NCBI GenBank assembly: GCA_024626585.2
Contig: JANKJI020000004.1
Span: forward strand, 25,834,153-25,857,306
Source of the DNA: Ginkgo biloba
Lineage: Eukaryota > Plantae > Ginkgophyta
DNA length: 23,154 bases
Direction of reading: 5' to 3'
Each line of letters starts with the position of its first letter. The first letter of the stretch is position 1. Both the position numbers and the translations under genes were made by a program. The notes beneath the pieces are model-generated. The model made no database searches and had not been told where the DNA came from. It saw only the letters and a program-made list of their open reading frames with translations. Of this stretch, positions 21,668 through 23,154 are shown in pieces.

Positions 21668-23154
21668 AATCAATGGGTCCGAATGGAAATATGTTCAATG
21701 TTTTGAGAATTGTAAGAGGAAAGTACAAGTGTATCTTATATTCCCATATGGTCATCATTACCCTCACAAGATTCACAATATCAAGAGTGACACCATTGCT
21801 TGTAAGAAATTATGGATGAATCAATAAAATCATCCCAAGCACGACTCTATGGACATAAACTATAACAAACAAAAAATAAGACAAGAATTCACCAAAAGAA
21901 TGGCCAATATGTAAGATTTAGTCCCACATCCTCAACAACATCACAAGTCCACACAACTCAGTCCACTTTAATTAAATCATGGAAAGCAACGACAAAGTAA
22001 GAAGTAGATATCACAATTGGGAGGTATTTTTCTTCAAATGGTGTCCCATTCAATTATGCAAGGTCCCCTTACTTTTCAAGAATGTTAAGTGTCATTGAAA
22101 AGTCTAGCAAGGGTTACAAACATCCATATTACAAAATGTTGAGGATGGGGATTCTCAACATCATGCAAAAATTATGATGCATGACAATGAATGATGGATG
22201 ATGTGATAGGAGAAAATAAACTCTCCTTAATGTTTTGGCATATAGTCCATGTGGGGTCATGCTTTTGAAGCTAGTTGATGCAAGTGATGAAACCAAATCA
22301 TCTTAATACATTAATAATATTCTTTTAGAATCATTGGACTCAAGAATTTAGTTTATATTGTGATTAATATTGTAACAATTTATAAGGGAGAAAGTAGATT
22401 GCTTAACCAAATATTTCCTACTCTATTTTGGAGGACTTGTGCAACACATTCTTTCGATCTTCTTCTAGAAGATTTAAAAGATTTATGTTAGGAAATTTGT
22501 AGTGGATGATGTGAAAATAATTACCATTTTTATCACAAACCATGGTTTCATCCTAACCAATTATCATTCATTTTCATCGAGAGACTTAATTATTCGAATT
22601 GACAAATGCATCATGACTAGTTTACTCACTTTGCAAAGAAGCCTAAGGAAGCTTTGCACAATGCAATTGTTTGTAGAGAATAGACATTGTCCACACTCTC
22701 AAAACTAATGTGGCAAAGAAATTACAAAAGTAATTTTAGGATCCTCATTTGAGAAAGGAGCGAGTAAAGTTATGAAGGTGTTTGAGCCTCGTGTGGTGAT
22801 GCTTCATCTAATTAATGACAACGCTCCTATCATGGACCAAATATATGAGGATATGGATAAGGTAAAGGAGAGAATCAAAGATTCATTTAATTGTGTCAAA
22901 TTAATGAAAATGAATATATTAGGAACACAATAAACTTTAGGTGGAATATGTTGCATACTACCTTATATGCAATAGTATGGTATGTGCATTCTCATCCATT
23001 TGGTGGGAGTTATATGACATACATTGAGGTTACAAGTGACCTACATGACTGCATTGAGAGAATGTACCCTAATTTTGTGACATAAGAAAAGATATGAGAT
23101 CAAATTAATGCTTATAAAAAATATGGAGGGACTTTGTGGGTGTTAAGTAGCTAA
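21668..23154 (+). pseudogene. hAT-superfamily transposase relic (decayed BED finger plus DUF659-type catalytic region), running off the window end
   Basis: Frameshifted pieces: EWKY...KC...ACKK (BED-like); IGRYFSSNGVPFNYARSPYF...GYKHP; MNDG*CDRR..LLNVLAYSPCGVMLLKLVDAS; PTLFWRTCATHSFDLLLED (CxxH motif); EPRVVMLHLI...IYEDMDKVKERI; RWNMLHTTLYA. These are collinear with DUF659-type hAT transposases. Confidence 0.88.

Overview
Eukaryotic plant genomic DNA, probably from a seed plant (a gymnosperm is plausible but this is inference). It is AT-rich, repeat-laden and heavily gapped, with 18 N-runs of which nine are exactly 100 N. The one clearly recognisable host gene is a + strand AKT1-like Shaker K+ channel. 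Visible parts are exon 1 (5956-6131) and three 3' exons (7000-7075, 7225-7986, 8132-8259) encoding ankyrin repeats and the KHA domain. The S1-S6/pore/CNBD exons are not visible and most likely lie in the 100-N gap at 6821-6920. Most of the rest is decayed mobile DNA: an LTR/PBS junction with a palindromic motif array, an ~790-bp foldback inverted repeat, a Tat/Ogre-like Gypsy integrase relic, an L1-type LINE on the - strand, a PPT/LTR junction, a 33-bp repeat array and a DUF659-type hAT transposase relic. Features missed by the ORF track include three - strand micro-exons (20763-21027) and a frameshifted ~1-kb unidentified reading frame (10036-11100). I found no convincing new biological system; the best leads are listed with their caveats.
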